From Eledone cirrhosa (taxonomy: Eukaryota), in NCBI GenBank assembly GCA_964016885.1, contig OZ024749.1:15128001-15192000 (forward strand): a stretch of 64,000 bases of DNA, read 5' to 3'. Below the pieces are notes generated by a model. It did no database searches. It saw only the letters and a list, made by a program, of their open reading frames with translations, and was not told the origin of the DNA. Of this stretch, positions 52,265-63,383 are shown piece by piece; positions within the stretch are counted from its first letter, which is position 1; every line of letters begins with the position of its first letter. The position numbers and the translations under genes were made by a program.

Positions 52265-52597
52265 TTATGCACAAAGAGTAAATGGAAACAGCACAATATA
52301 ATGAAGAAATATATTAGTTTAACACTTGATATAGTTGAAAAAGAGTCATGTTTTAGACACTAGTCCTTCATCAGAAGATAGAATTAGGAATAAAAGATGA
52401 AATAGAAAGTGAGAGAGTAAGAAGAGAAAGGAATGGAAAAAAACGTTTTGAGAAAAACACATGTGAATTCAGTCAGCCATCTTGTATATATATATATAAT
52501 AATAATAATAATAAACAACCTTCGGCTTCCAGGACGCATGGTAAATTTTTGAGACTTATTTTAGGAAAAAAGTAGTGCCTTCGATGCCGGGAAATCC

Positions 52598-52641
<44 letters not shown>

Positions 52642-53164
52642 TTCTCTGCAAATACTTAACCCTTTTGTTACTACCTCATATCTATGGATACAAAGTTTTT
52701 TTTGTTTTAAAGTGTTTATATTTATCTAAAAACCTCCCATCATAATTTTATGTAAGAACCTTTAAGTTATGTTCCAAACACCAACTTAATAATAAGAATA
52801 TTAGTTATATTACTAAATCCTTCAAAATTCTTGATTACTTTCAAATTCATTTGAAAAATCATAGGCAGTGTCTTTTATTAGAAACTAGCAGAATGGCCCG
52901 GCCTTGCTCAGGATTCTAAACATAGATTGGCATGCTTATCCCTCCTTTTTGAAACAGTACAGAGAAGTACGGAATACCTCGGCCTCAGGATGGTGTCTAC
53001 ATTTTGTGCTTATAAAAAAATTTGTCATAGATTACCAGGTTTTTTTTCCGTGTGAAGAAAATCAATACTTTATCGCGATATAAATACTTTTGTTTATATT
53101 TTGTTATTGTGTATGCAAAAATATCTGTACACGAATATATAATTATATATATATATATATATAT

Positions 53165-53722
53165 ATAAAATATTAAAAAAATAATGAATAAAACAATGAA
53201 ACAGTTCCTTATATTAAACAAAAAAAGTTCATTATTTAACGATCGTTTCTGGGATATATATGTGTTAGAATTGGCATGTATATTTAACAGATCTATGTAC
53301 AAAATTATACAAAATTATACAAACTATCAAAATTAAATATACATACCTACTCATATATATGCCGTCTTCAGAAATAATGATTATTTCTGAAGACGGCATA
53401 TATATGAGTTGGTATGTATATTTAATTTTGATAGTTTGTATAATTTTGTATAATTTTGTACATAGATCTGTTAAATATACATGCCAATTCTAACATATAT
53501 ATCCCAGAAACGATCGTTAAATAATGAACTTTTTTTGTTTAATATAAGGAACTGTTTCATTGTTTTATTCATTATTTTTTTAATATTTTATCTTGACTCT
53601 GTATTCCGTTTATCTTTCACCGAAAGTGATTTTTCATTGCATCTCTTTCCATGATATCCGGATTACATTGAGTTCTTCATACGGATTGGACACTACCGTA
53701 AACTCTTGGTAGATTTATCTAC
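53165..53722. mobile_element. Fold-back element (arms about 210 bp) with long-stem-II hammerhead motifs plus unique tail
   Basis: Inverted repeat 53165-53591; CTGAAGA at 53387, GAAAC-GATC-GTT-aaataat at 53507-53525; paralogs at 58987-59515 and 49177-49460. Confidence 0.7.
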
Positions 53723-54040
53723 ATATATATATATATCATCATCATCATCATCATCACCGTTTTACGTCCGTTCTTCCACGCTAGCATGGGTTAGACGGGT
53801 TGTCCTGTTGTGGGCAGTGTCTGGTCGGCTGACCATGCCTTGCTCATACAGGAACTGATCTGGCTTGATTTCTACAGCTGGATGCCCTTCCTAACACCAA
53901 CCTCATTTACAGTGAGTGCTGGGTGCTTTTTCGTGGCGCCTACACGTCCACTTTACAGTGTGGGCTGGGTGCTTTTTTGCCGTGGCACCTCCACGACCAC
54001 CTTGCGGTGGGGGGGGGGGGGGGCATATTGTTTATATGCT

Positions 54041-57000
54041 TCAGCATGTACCCATGGGAGGTCGGGTACCCTGTATTACTGCGTGACGCCAGAAGTCACG
54101 GTCGTGTGTCATTGACTTTGAGAGGTGTAGTTGGGTAAGGTCGGCTTTTATCACCTCATCCCAAGTCATCTTGGGTCTCCCCACTCCGCGGTTTCCATCA
54201 ACTTCTAGTGCTCTGCACCTTTTTATGCAGCTGTCATCCTTCATACGCATCACATGTCCATACCAGCGTAACCGCCTCTCCTGCACGCAGCATTTGATTC
54301 CTCTTATGCTCAGTCTCTCTCTCAATTCATTTATGCTTTGTCGTTCACGTATATTACTGTTACACATCCATCGGAGCATGCAGGCTTCGTTTCTCTCTAA
54401 TCTACGTAAGTCTTCCACCTTCAGCGCCCAGGTCTCACTACCATGCAACATCGCTGTTCGGATACACGCATCATACAGTCTGCCTTTCATTCTGAGGGAG
54501 AAGCCTTTTGCAGCTAGCAGTGGTAGTAGTTCCCTAAACTTCTTCCATCCCGTTCTTACCCTAGTTATTGTACTTTCTGAGCACCCACCTCCGTTGCTAA
54601 TTCGGTCACCTAGGTAGCAGAAGCTGTCTACTGTTTCTACAGGGCCCTCCCAGAGATTGGTGGTACTTGTTTCCTGTGGCTGTTTGCTTGCTGTTTCAGC
54701 ACAGCTGCTGCATGTGAATCCTACATTCTTAATTAAGCTTCCTGAGATCCCGCTACATCTCTTGTGTACCCATTGTTTGCATTTGGGGCAAAGAATGGAG
54801 TTCCTACCTACACCTTTCCTACATACTGAGCAAGGCCATTTCCCTGAGGGGATCTGGGTTCTGTTTTCTCGTCTACTTATAAGGACCTTAGTCTTTGTCA
54901 TGTTGACTTTGAGGCCCTTTCTCTCTAGTCCCTGCTTCCAGGTTTGGAATTTATTCTCTAGTTCTACCATAGATTCAGCTATGAGTGCGAGGTCATCAGC
55001 ATACAGGAGTTCCCATGGGCATCCGGTCTTAAACTCCTCCGTTATTGCCTGCAGGACTATGATGAACAGGAGAGGGCTAAGAACAGAGCCCTGGTGGACC
55101 CCAACCTGTACGCTAAATTCCTCGCTATACTCATTGCCAATCCTAACTTTGCTGACTGCTCCCCTATACATGGCTTGTACCGCTTTCACAAGCCATTCAT
55201 CTACTCCTAGTTTTCTAAGAGCCCACCAGATTACTGCACGTGGAACTCTGTCAAAGGCTTTCTCAAGGTCGACAAATGCCAAGTAGAGTGGCTTACTTTT
55301 AGCTAGGTACTTTTCCTGTAATTGCCTCACAAGGAAGAGCGCATCAGTGGTGCCTTTCCCTGGAACAAACCCAAATTGCATCTCGTCTATATTCACCCGG
55401 TCCCTAATCAGCTGTGCTATAACTCTTTCTGTTACTTTCATGACCTGGTCCATCAACTTTATACCTCTATAGTTTCCTCTATCTAGTGCATCGCCTTTAC
55501 CTTTGTAGCAGTTGACAATGATGCTACTGCACCAATCTTTTGGTATGGCCCCCTCTAGTATTACCTGGTTAACGATACGTGTGGTTATAGTGTGACCTAC
55601 AGACCCAGATGCCTTCAGCATCTCGGCAGCTATACCCGATGGACCGGTTGCCTTCCCTATCTTCATATCTCTGATTGCCTTACTTACTACGCTGCCGCTG
55701 ACTTGTACTGCTGGTCCCTCTATAGGGTCTACGTGGGGTAGGGTCTCTTCTTCCCATGCATTCTCCTCATTTAGTAATCTATCATAATGACTCTTCCATG
55801 CATCTTTCTTCTCAGCACTTGTGAGGGCAAGCTCACCTTTATCATTCCGGATACACTTCTCTCCAATGACATCACAACTATCTCTGACACACTGCCTCGC
55901 AATCTTGAATACCTCCTGTTTCTGGTCCTCACGTTGTAAAACATGCTTGAATTTTCTATCCTCTGCTTCCCTCCTAGCTAAGTATACTTGTCGCCTAGCT
56001 TCCCTCTTGGTCTCTATGTAATGTACCCTGCTCCCCCCGTTCTTCCATTCTTTCCATGCCTGTCTCTTGGCCTTGACTGCTTCATCTACCTTATTGTTCC
56101 ACCACCAAGTCACTCTCCTCCTGCTTGAGGTCTTACTCCAGCCACAAACCTCATCCGTCGCCTCTAGTAAGTTATTTTTTAGGAACTCCCAGTTCTCTTC
56201 TACGTTAAATGTCTCTATCTGTTCTTCTTTACTGTCGTAGGCGTTGAGTAAAATATCTTTAAATCTGTTACTGGTTGAGGGGACTTTCAGCTTCCAGATC
56301 TTTCTTCTCCAGGTTGGCCTCTGTTTCAGGGCTCGTCTAGTTCTGACCGTGAGGTCGCTGACAACTAAGCTATGTTGGGATGTACATTCCTCACTAGGGA
56401 AGGCTTTTGTGTTTACGACCGTCCATCTGTCACGTCCTCTGATGAGGATAAAATCTAACTGACTAGAGTGCTCCCCTGATCTATAGGTGATCAGGTGGTT
56501 GTCGGGTTTTTTAAAGTTTGTGTTACATATCGACATGTCATTGGCGTCGCAGAATTCTAGAAGTCTGAATCCTTCCTCATTCCTTGTGCCAACTCCATGG
56601 CCTCCATGTACTCTATTGAAGCCGTCGCAGTGTTTACCTACGTGTCCGTTAAAATCTCCTGCAATGATTAGGAAGTCCTTGTCGTCTGTTAGAGCAGTAG
56701 TGTGTATTAGGGACTCGTAAAACCTATCCTTAAGTTCGTCTGGCAGCCCCGATTGGGGTGCGTAAGCTGATATTATTGTGGTAATTGTCTTATTCAGGAC
56801 TAGTCTGAGTTTAATGATTCTTGCATTTACCCTGTACACTGAGATTACTTTATCTACCCACTTGTCAGCTAATAGTATACCTACACCACCCATCCCATCG
56901 TCATTTCCCACCCAGAAAAATTTGTAGCACTGGCTTTTTCCTACAAGGACTCTAGCAGACCCTCCTCTCCATCTAGTCTCTTGCACACAGCATACATCAA

Positions 57001-57160
57001 CTTCCTTTCGCTCTAGCATTTCTACGATTTCTCCTGCTCTTCCTTTCATTGAGCCTACATTGATGGTACCAACTCGGAGTTTTGGGCATTTGTCGACACT
57101 CGTAGGGGAGGGTCTCTGGGTTGGCGCTTCACGTGGGTGCTTGGTAGCTCGCAGATTCAT
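54041..57160 (-). CDS. RTE-clade APE endonuclease / reverse transcriptase with internal PHD-like finger
   Basis: 1039 aa; GTINVGS, QETRW, AYAPQ, GDFNGHVG, LDFIL, SQH; YRGIKL, KAFDRV, HQGSVLSP, YADD; RRLRWYGHV...GRPK. Confidence 0.95.
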   Translation of the reverse strand: MNLRATKHPREAPTQRPSPTSVDKCPKLRVGTINVGSMKGRAGEIVEMLERKEVDVCCVQETRWRGGSARVLVGKSQCYKFFWVGNDDGMGGVGILLADKWVDKVISVYRVNARIIKLRLVLNKTITTIISAYAPQSGLPDELKDRFYESLIHTTALTDDKDFLIIAGDFNGHVGKHCDGFNRVHGGHGVGTRNEEGFRLLEFCDANDMSICNTNFKKPDNHLITYRSGEHSSQLDFILIRGRDRWTVVNTKAFPSEECTSQHSLVVSDLTVRTRRALKQRPTWRRKIWKLKVPSTSNRFKDILLNAYDSKEEQIETFNVEENWEFLKNNLLEATDEVCGWSKTSSRRRVTWWWNNKVDEAVKAKRQAWKEWKNGGSRVHYIETKREARRQVYLARREAEDRKFKHVLQREDQKQEVFKIARQCVRDSCDVIGEKCIRNDKGELALTSAEKKDAWKSHYDRLLNEENAWEEETLPHVDPIEGPAVQVSGSVVSKAIRDMKIGKATGPSGIAAEMLKASGSVGHTITTRIVNQVILEGAIPKDWCSSIIVNCYKGKGDALDRGNYRGIKLMDQVMKVTERVIAQLIRDRVNIDEMQFGFVPGKGTTDALFLVRQLQEKYLAKSKPLYLAFVDLEKAFDRVPRAVIWWALRKLGVDEWLVKAVQAMYRGAVSKVRIGNEYSEEFSVQVGVHQGSVLSPLLFIIVLQAITEEFKTGCPWELLYADDLALIAESMVELENKFQTWKQGLERKGLKVNMTKTKVLISRRENRTQIPSGKWPCSVCRKGVGRNSILCPKCKQWVHKRCSGISGSLIKNVGFTCSSCAETASKQPQETSTTNLWEGPVETVDSFCYLGDRISNGGGCSESTITRVRTGWKKFRELLPLLAAKGFSLRMKGRLYDACIRTAMLHGSETWALKVEDLRRLERNEACMLRWMCNSNIRERQSINELRERLSIRGIKCCVQERRLRWYGHVMRMKDDSCIKRCRALEVDGNRGVGRPKMTWDEVIKADLTQLHLSKSMTHDRDFWRHAVIQGTRPPMGTC

Positions 57161-57405
57161 ATTTCATCTATTGATTCAGAGTTGCTCGTGTATTCCCAGC
57201 TCATCCATCCCTAACGGTGGGAAAATTGAGGGCTAGAAGGACAGTGGTGGTGGGGTAATGGCAGGGTGTGTTGGGATGCGCCAGAGGAGGAGAGAGTTAG
57301 TTAGGCAGGTAGTAGCAGCAGCAGCAGTGGAAATGGCATGCTAGGTTTGATTGGTCGAATAGACTATGGTGGTGTGTGGGGGTGGGGGGGAGGGAAATTG
57401 TGAGG

Positions 57406-58793
57406 TAGGAACTGAGGGTCGCATGGTAAATATCCAAGTTAATACTACATCAGTAAAATTAACAATAATAACGTCATGAAAAAAGCTACTAAGAGAAACC
57501 CTCGAAAATTTATCGCTAATACAGCAGGGAAAATTTAACGCTAATACAGCAGGGAACATCATAATATTAACGACATGAAAAAGCTACTAAGAGAAACCCT
57601 CGAAAATTTATCGCTAATACAGCAGGGAAAATTTAACGCTAATACAGCAGGGAACATCATAATATTGACGACAATATGTAGGCTAAAATACCTTCGTAGA
57701 TTAGGTGGATGGCTGGCTGGGAAAATTTGAATCAGCTCAGTGGTACATTTTAGCAGAGAAGAATGGCAAAGTGTCTTATCTCTTCAATATTTTCAGATTG
57801 AATGAATTAGGTTAAAGACAGGGTAGTAAGCCTTAAAGAAGTGCATAGAGGGGGGGGGGGGGGGGGTAGGAACTGAGGGTCGCATGGTAAATAACTGAGA
57901 GAGATACAATAGGATTAGAATACCGCATGGTAAATATCCAAGTTAATAAGTTAATACTACATCAGTAAAATTAACAATAATAACGTCATGAAAAAAGCTA
58001 CTAAGAGAAACCCTCGAAAATTTATCGCTAATACAGCAGGGAAAATTTAACGCTAATACAGCAGGGAACATCATAATATTAACGACATGAAAAAGCTACT
58101 AAGAGAAACCCTCGAAAATTTATCGCTAATACAGCAGGGAAAATTTAACGCTAATACAGCAGGGAACATCATAATATTAACGACATGAAAAAGCTACTAA
58201 GAGAAACCCTCGAAAATTTATCGCTAATACAGCAGGGAAAATTTAACGCTAATACAGCAGGGAACATCATAATATTGACGACAATATGTAGGCTAAAATA
58301 CCTTCGTAGATTAGGTGGATGGCTGGCTGGGAAAATTTGAATCAGCTCAGTGGTACATTTTAGCAGAGAAGAATGGCAAAGTGTCTTATCTCTTCAATAT
58401 TTTCAGATTGAATGAATTAGGTTAAAGACAGGGTAGTAAGCCTTAAAGAAGTGCATAGAGGGGGGGGGGGGGTAGGAACTGAGGGTCGCATGGTAAATAA
58501 CTGAGAGAGATACAATAGGATTAGAATACCGCATGGTAAATATCCAAGTTAATAAGTTAATACTACATCAGTAAAATTAACAATAATAACGTCATGAAAA
58601 AAGCTACTAAGAGAAACCCTCGAAAATTTATCGCTAATACAGCAGGGAAAATTTAACGCTAATACAGCAGGGAACATCATAATATTAACGACATGAAAAA
58701 GCTACTAAGAGAAACCCTCGAAAATTTATCGCTAATACAGCAGGGAAAATTTAACGCTAATACAGCAGGGAACATCATAATATTAACGACATG
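57406..58793. repeat. Nested tandem repeat: about 606-bp units containing 2-3 copies of a 98-99-bp monomer
   Basis: gtaggaactgagggtcgcatggtaaat at about 57406, 57866 and 58472; monomer catgaaaaagctactaagagaaaccctcg... Confidence 0.9.
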
Positions 58794-58810
58794 TATATAT
58801 ATTCATGTAC

Positions 58811-58841
<31 letters not shown>

Positions 58842-58962
58842 CTAAAATAACAGATTAAAGTTTAAGCAAAGAATCGTTGCTTTCACTCTTAACAGGATCT
58901 TCTGAAACTAAAAAAAATCAATCTGTGAACGCAGAAGTAAATATTTCGAAAAACGTTACACA

Positions 58963-58986
<24 letters not shown>

Positions 58987-58995
<9 letters not shown>

Positions 58996-59512
58996 TAAAC
59001 AAATAATGAACAAACAATTCCTTATATTAAACAAAAAAAGTTCACTATTTAACGATCGTTTCTAGGGCATATATGTGTTATAATTGGTATGCATATTTAA
59101 CAGATCTATGTACAAAATTATACAAAATTATACAAATTATCAAGATTAAATATACATACCTAACTCATATATACGCCGTCTTCAGAAGACGGCGTATATA
59201 TGAGTTAGGTATGTATATTTAATCTTGATAATTTGTATAATTTTGTATAATTTTGTACATAGATCTGTTAAATATGCATACCAATTATAACACATATATG
59301 CCCTAGAAACGATCGTTAAATAGTGAACTTTTTTTGTTTAATATAAGGAATTGTTTGTTCATTATTTGTTTAATATTTTATCTTGACTCTGTATACCGTT
59401 TATCTTTCACCGAAATTGGATTTTCATTACATCTCTTCTTTCCATGATATCCGGAATACATTGAGTTCTTCATACGGATTGGACACTACCGTAAACTCTT
59501 GGTAGATTTATC

Positions 59513-59515
<3 letters not shown>
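58987..59515. mobile_element. Second copy of the fold-back hammerhead element (almost spacerless palindrome centred at about 59184)
   Basis: Inverted repeat 58987-59381 plus the same tail as 53592-53722. Confidence 0.7.
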
Positions 59516-59567
<52 letters not shown>

Positions 59568-60150
59568 TATATATACATAGAAATATATATATATATACAC
59601 ACACTATATATACATATATACACACACACACATATAGCGTCATAATGTTGTAATGCAGACAGACAGACATACAGACAGATATTATAAGGGTGCAACGTTA
59701 TATCTATGTATCTATCTAAAAAGAAAGACTAAGAATTATAGAGAGAGATCGCTAAATCGCCTAATGCGGTCCCTAGAGCATTGAAAATTTGAAATATTCT
59801 TTGCTCAAAACACTCACACGACCATAAGTATTACATGTGTAAAGTTTGAAAACAATCGGTTGGGTGGTTCTCGAGATTTTGTGAGTCAAACAGACAGACA
59901 TTCTCTGTTTTAGATATATAGAAGATATGGTAATGAAACGTTTAAAGTGTTTATATTTATGTAAACACCTTCCATCATAATTGTTATGTAAAAACCTTTG
60001 TTAAGTTATGTCCCAAACACCAGCTTAATAACAAGAAAGTTAGTTATATTTCTAAATCCTTCTAGATACTTTATTCTTGTTTCAACATGATTAAAAAAAT
60101 ATAGGCAGCAGTGTCTTTTTATTAGGAATATGTTAATGAAAGGGGTTTAA

Positions 60151-61453
60151 AAAGGGACCAACCTCCTTAGACTGACTCAATAAAGGGACCAACCTCCTTA
60201 GACTGACTCAATAAAGGGACCATCCTCCTTAGACTGACTCAATAAAGGGACCAACCTCCTTAGACTGACTCAATAAAGGGACCAACCTCCTTAGACTGAC
60301 TCAATAAAGGGACCAACCTCCTTAGACTGACTCAATAAAGGGACCAACCTCCTTAGACTGACTCAATAAAGGGACCAACCTCCTTAGACTGACTCAATAA
60401 AGGGACCAACCTCCTTAGACTGACTCAATAAAGGGACCAACCTCCTTAGACTGACTCAATAAAGGGACCAACCTCCTTAGACTGACTCAATAAAGGGACC
60501 AACCTCCTTAGACTGACTCAATAAAGGGACCAACCTCCTTAGACTGACTCAATAAAGGGACCAACCTCCTTAGACTGACTCAATAAAGGGACCAACCTCC
60601 TTAGACTGACTCAATAAAGGGACCAACCTCCTTAGACTGACTCAATAAAGGGACCAACCTCCTTAGACTGACTCAATAAAGGGACCAACCTCCTTAGACT
60701 GACTCAATAAAGGGACCAACCTCCTTAGACTGACTCAATATAGGGACCAACCTCCTTAGACTGACTCAATAAAGGGACCAACCTCCTTAGACTGACTCAA
60801 TAAAGGGACCAACCTCCTTAGACTGACTCAATAAAGGGACCAACCTCCTTAGACTGACTCAATATAGAGACCAACCTCCTTAGACTGACTCAATAAAGGG
60901 ACCAACCTCCTTAGACTGACTCAATATAGGGACCAACCTCCTTAGACTGACTCAATAAAGGGACCAACCTCCTTAGACTGACTCAATAAAGGGACCAACC
61001 TCCTTAGACTGACTCAATATAGGGACCAACCTCCTTAGACTGACTCAATATAGGGACCAACCTCCTTAGACTGACTCAATAAAGGGACCAACCTCCTTAG
61101 ACTGACTCAATATAGGGACCAACCTCCTTAGACTGACTCAATAAAGGGACCAACCTCCTTAGACTGACTCAATAAAGGGACCAACCTCCTTAGACTGACT
61201 CAATATAGGGACCAACCTCCTTAGACTGACTCAATAAAGGGACCAACCTCCTTAGACTGACTCAATAAAGGGACCAACCTCCTTAGACTGACTCAATATA
61301 GGGACCAACCTCCTTAGACTGACTCAATATAGGGACCAACCTCCTTAGACTGACTCAATATAGGGACCAACCTCCTTAGACTGACTCAATATAGGGACCA
61401 ACCTCCTTAGACTGACTCAATAAAGGGACCAACCTCCTTAGACTGACTCAATA
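60151..61453. repeat. 31-bp minisatellite, about 42 copies
   Basis: Unit aWagggaccaacctccttagactgactcaat, no spacers. Confidence 0.95.
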
Positions 61454-61529
61454 TAACAGTCATGGATCACTCAAATATTTGACAATGAGAACCACATCAA
61501 CATAAACACATCAACATCACCACAATCAA

Positions 61530-63045
61530 TACCACCACCACCATGTGTATTACCACCACCACCACCACATTTATCATCATCATCACAACCATGTGTACTA
61601 CCACCACCACCACCACATTTATCATCATCATCACAACCATGTGTACTACCACCACCACCACCACATTTATCATCATCATCACAACCATGTGTACTACCAC
61701 CACCACCACCACATTTATCATCATCATCACAACCATGTGTACTACCACCACCACCACCACATTTATCATCATCATCACAACCATGTGTACTACCACCACC
61801 ACCACCACATTTATCATCATCATCACAACCATGTGTATTACCACCACCACCACCACATTTATCATCATCATCACAACCATGTGTACTACCACCACCACCA
61901 CCACATTTATCATCATCATCACAACCATGTGTACTACCACCACCACCACCACATTTATCATCATCATCACAACCATGTGTACTACCACCACCACCACCAC
62001 ATTTATCATCATCATCACAACCATGTGTATTACCACCACCACCACCACATTTATCATCATCATCACAACCATGTGTACTACCACCACCACCACCACATTT
62101 ATCATCATCATCACAACCATGTGTACTACCACCACCACCACCACATTTATCATCATCATCACAACCATGTGTATTACCACCACCACCACCACATTTATCA
62201 TCATCATCACAACCATGTGTACTACCACCACCACCACCACATTTATCATCATCATCACAACCATGTGTACTACCACCACCACCACCACATTTATCATCAT
62301 CATCACAACCATGTGTATTACCACCACCACCACCACATTTATCATCATCATCACAACCATGTGTACTACCACCACCACCACCACATTTATCATCATCATC
62401 ACAACCATGTGTACTACCACCACCACCACCACATTTATCATCATCATCACAACCATGTGTATTACCACCACCACCACCACATTTATCATCATCATCACAA
62501 CCATGTGTATTACCACCACCACCACCACACTTATCATCATCATCATCACAGCCATGTGTATTACCACCACCACCACCACCACCACACTTATCATCATCAT
62601 CACAACCATGTGTACTACCACCACCACCACCACACTTATCATCATCATCATCACAACCATGTGTACTACCACCACCACCACCACACTTATCATCATCATC
62701 ATCACAACCATGTGTACTACCACCACCACCACCACACTTATCATCATCATCACAACCATGTGTATTACCACCACCACCACCACACTTATCATCATCATCA
62801 CAACCATGTGTACTACCACCACCACCACCACATTTATCATCATCATCACAGCCATGTGTATTACCACCACCACCACCACACTTATCATCATCATCATCAC
62901 AACCATGTGTATTACCACCACCACCACACTTATCATCATCATCATCACAACCATGTGTATTACCACCACCACCACCACCACCACACTTATCATCATCATC
63001 ATCATCACAACCATGTGTATTACCACCACCACCACCACCACCACA
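61530..63045. repeat. 48-bp (CAC/CAT-based) minisatellite, about 31 copies
   Basis: Unit catgtgtaYtaccaccaccaccaccacatttatcatcatcatcacaac. Confidence 0.93.
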
Positions 63046-63176
63046 TAGTGTCCACACATAGTGCTGGTGGTGCTGAATAAACAAATAAACCAACCAACTG
63101 GATGTTTATAATAAATTGAAGTGAAAACCAACAAATGAGTGTGTTTTTATTGGCAGCATGACCCTCCCAAAGTGTA

Positions 63177-63217
<41 letters not shown>

Positions 63218-63258
63218 ATCTCCTATCAGATATGTCAATATTTATAAAACAAACTTTG

Positions 63259-63319
63259 TATTTTATCTGATGAGAGCATACCAAAGTTTTGGTACCCTTG
63301 AAATATATATAATAGAATA
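63259..63319 (+). ncRNA. Type I hammerhead ribozyme motif
   Basis: tattttat-CTGATGA-gagcataccaaagttttggtaccctt-GAAAT-ATAT-ATA-atagaata, lying between two (TA)n tracts. Confidence 0.7.
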
Positions 63320-63383
63320 AATATAGTTTCCATTTATTTAATATCATTGTTATATATATAAATATATATATATATATACACAC

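Larger units (their letters stand above)
53737..58793 (-). mobile_element. Full-length RTE-clade LINE with tandemly repeated upstream region
   Basis: (ATG)n tail, 3' UTR, single intact EN-RT ORF; 5' boundary uncertain. Confidence 0.85.
52885..59925 (-). mobile_element. Non-autonomous Helitron boundaries enclosing nested insertions
   Basis: Minus-strand 5' TC at 59925 and 3' CTAG at 52885 with adjacent GC-rich hairpin; removal restores ttattagaaa|tatggtaatgaaa (A|T site, no TSD), matching an uninterrupted paralog at about 60110-60150. Confidence 0.65.

Noticed and set aside
60151-61453. CRISPR-like array of 31-bp repeats
   Set aside because: No spacers, units are contiguous, no cas genes, eukaryotic context
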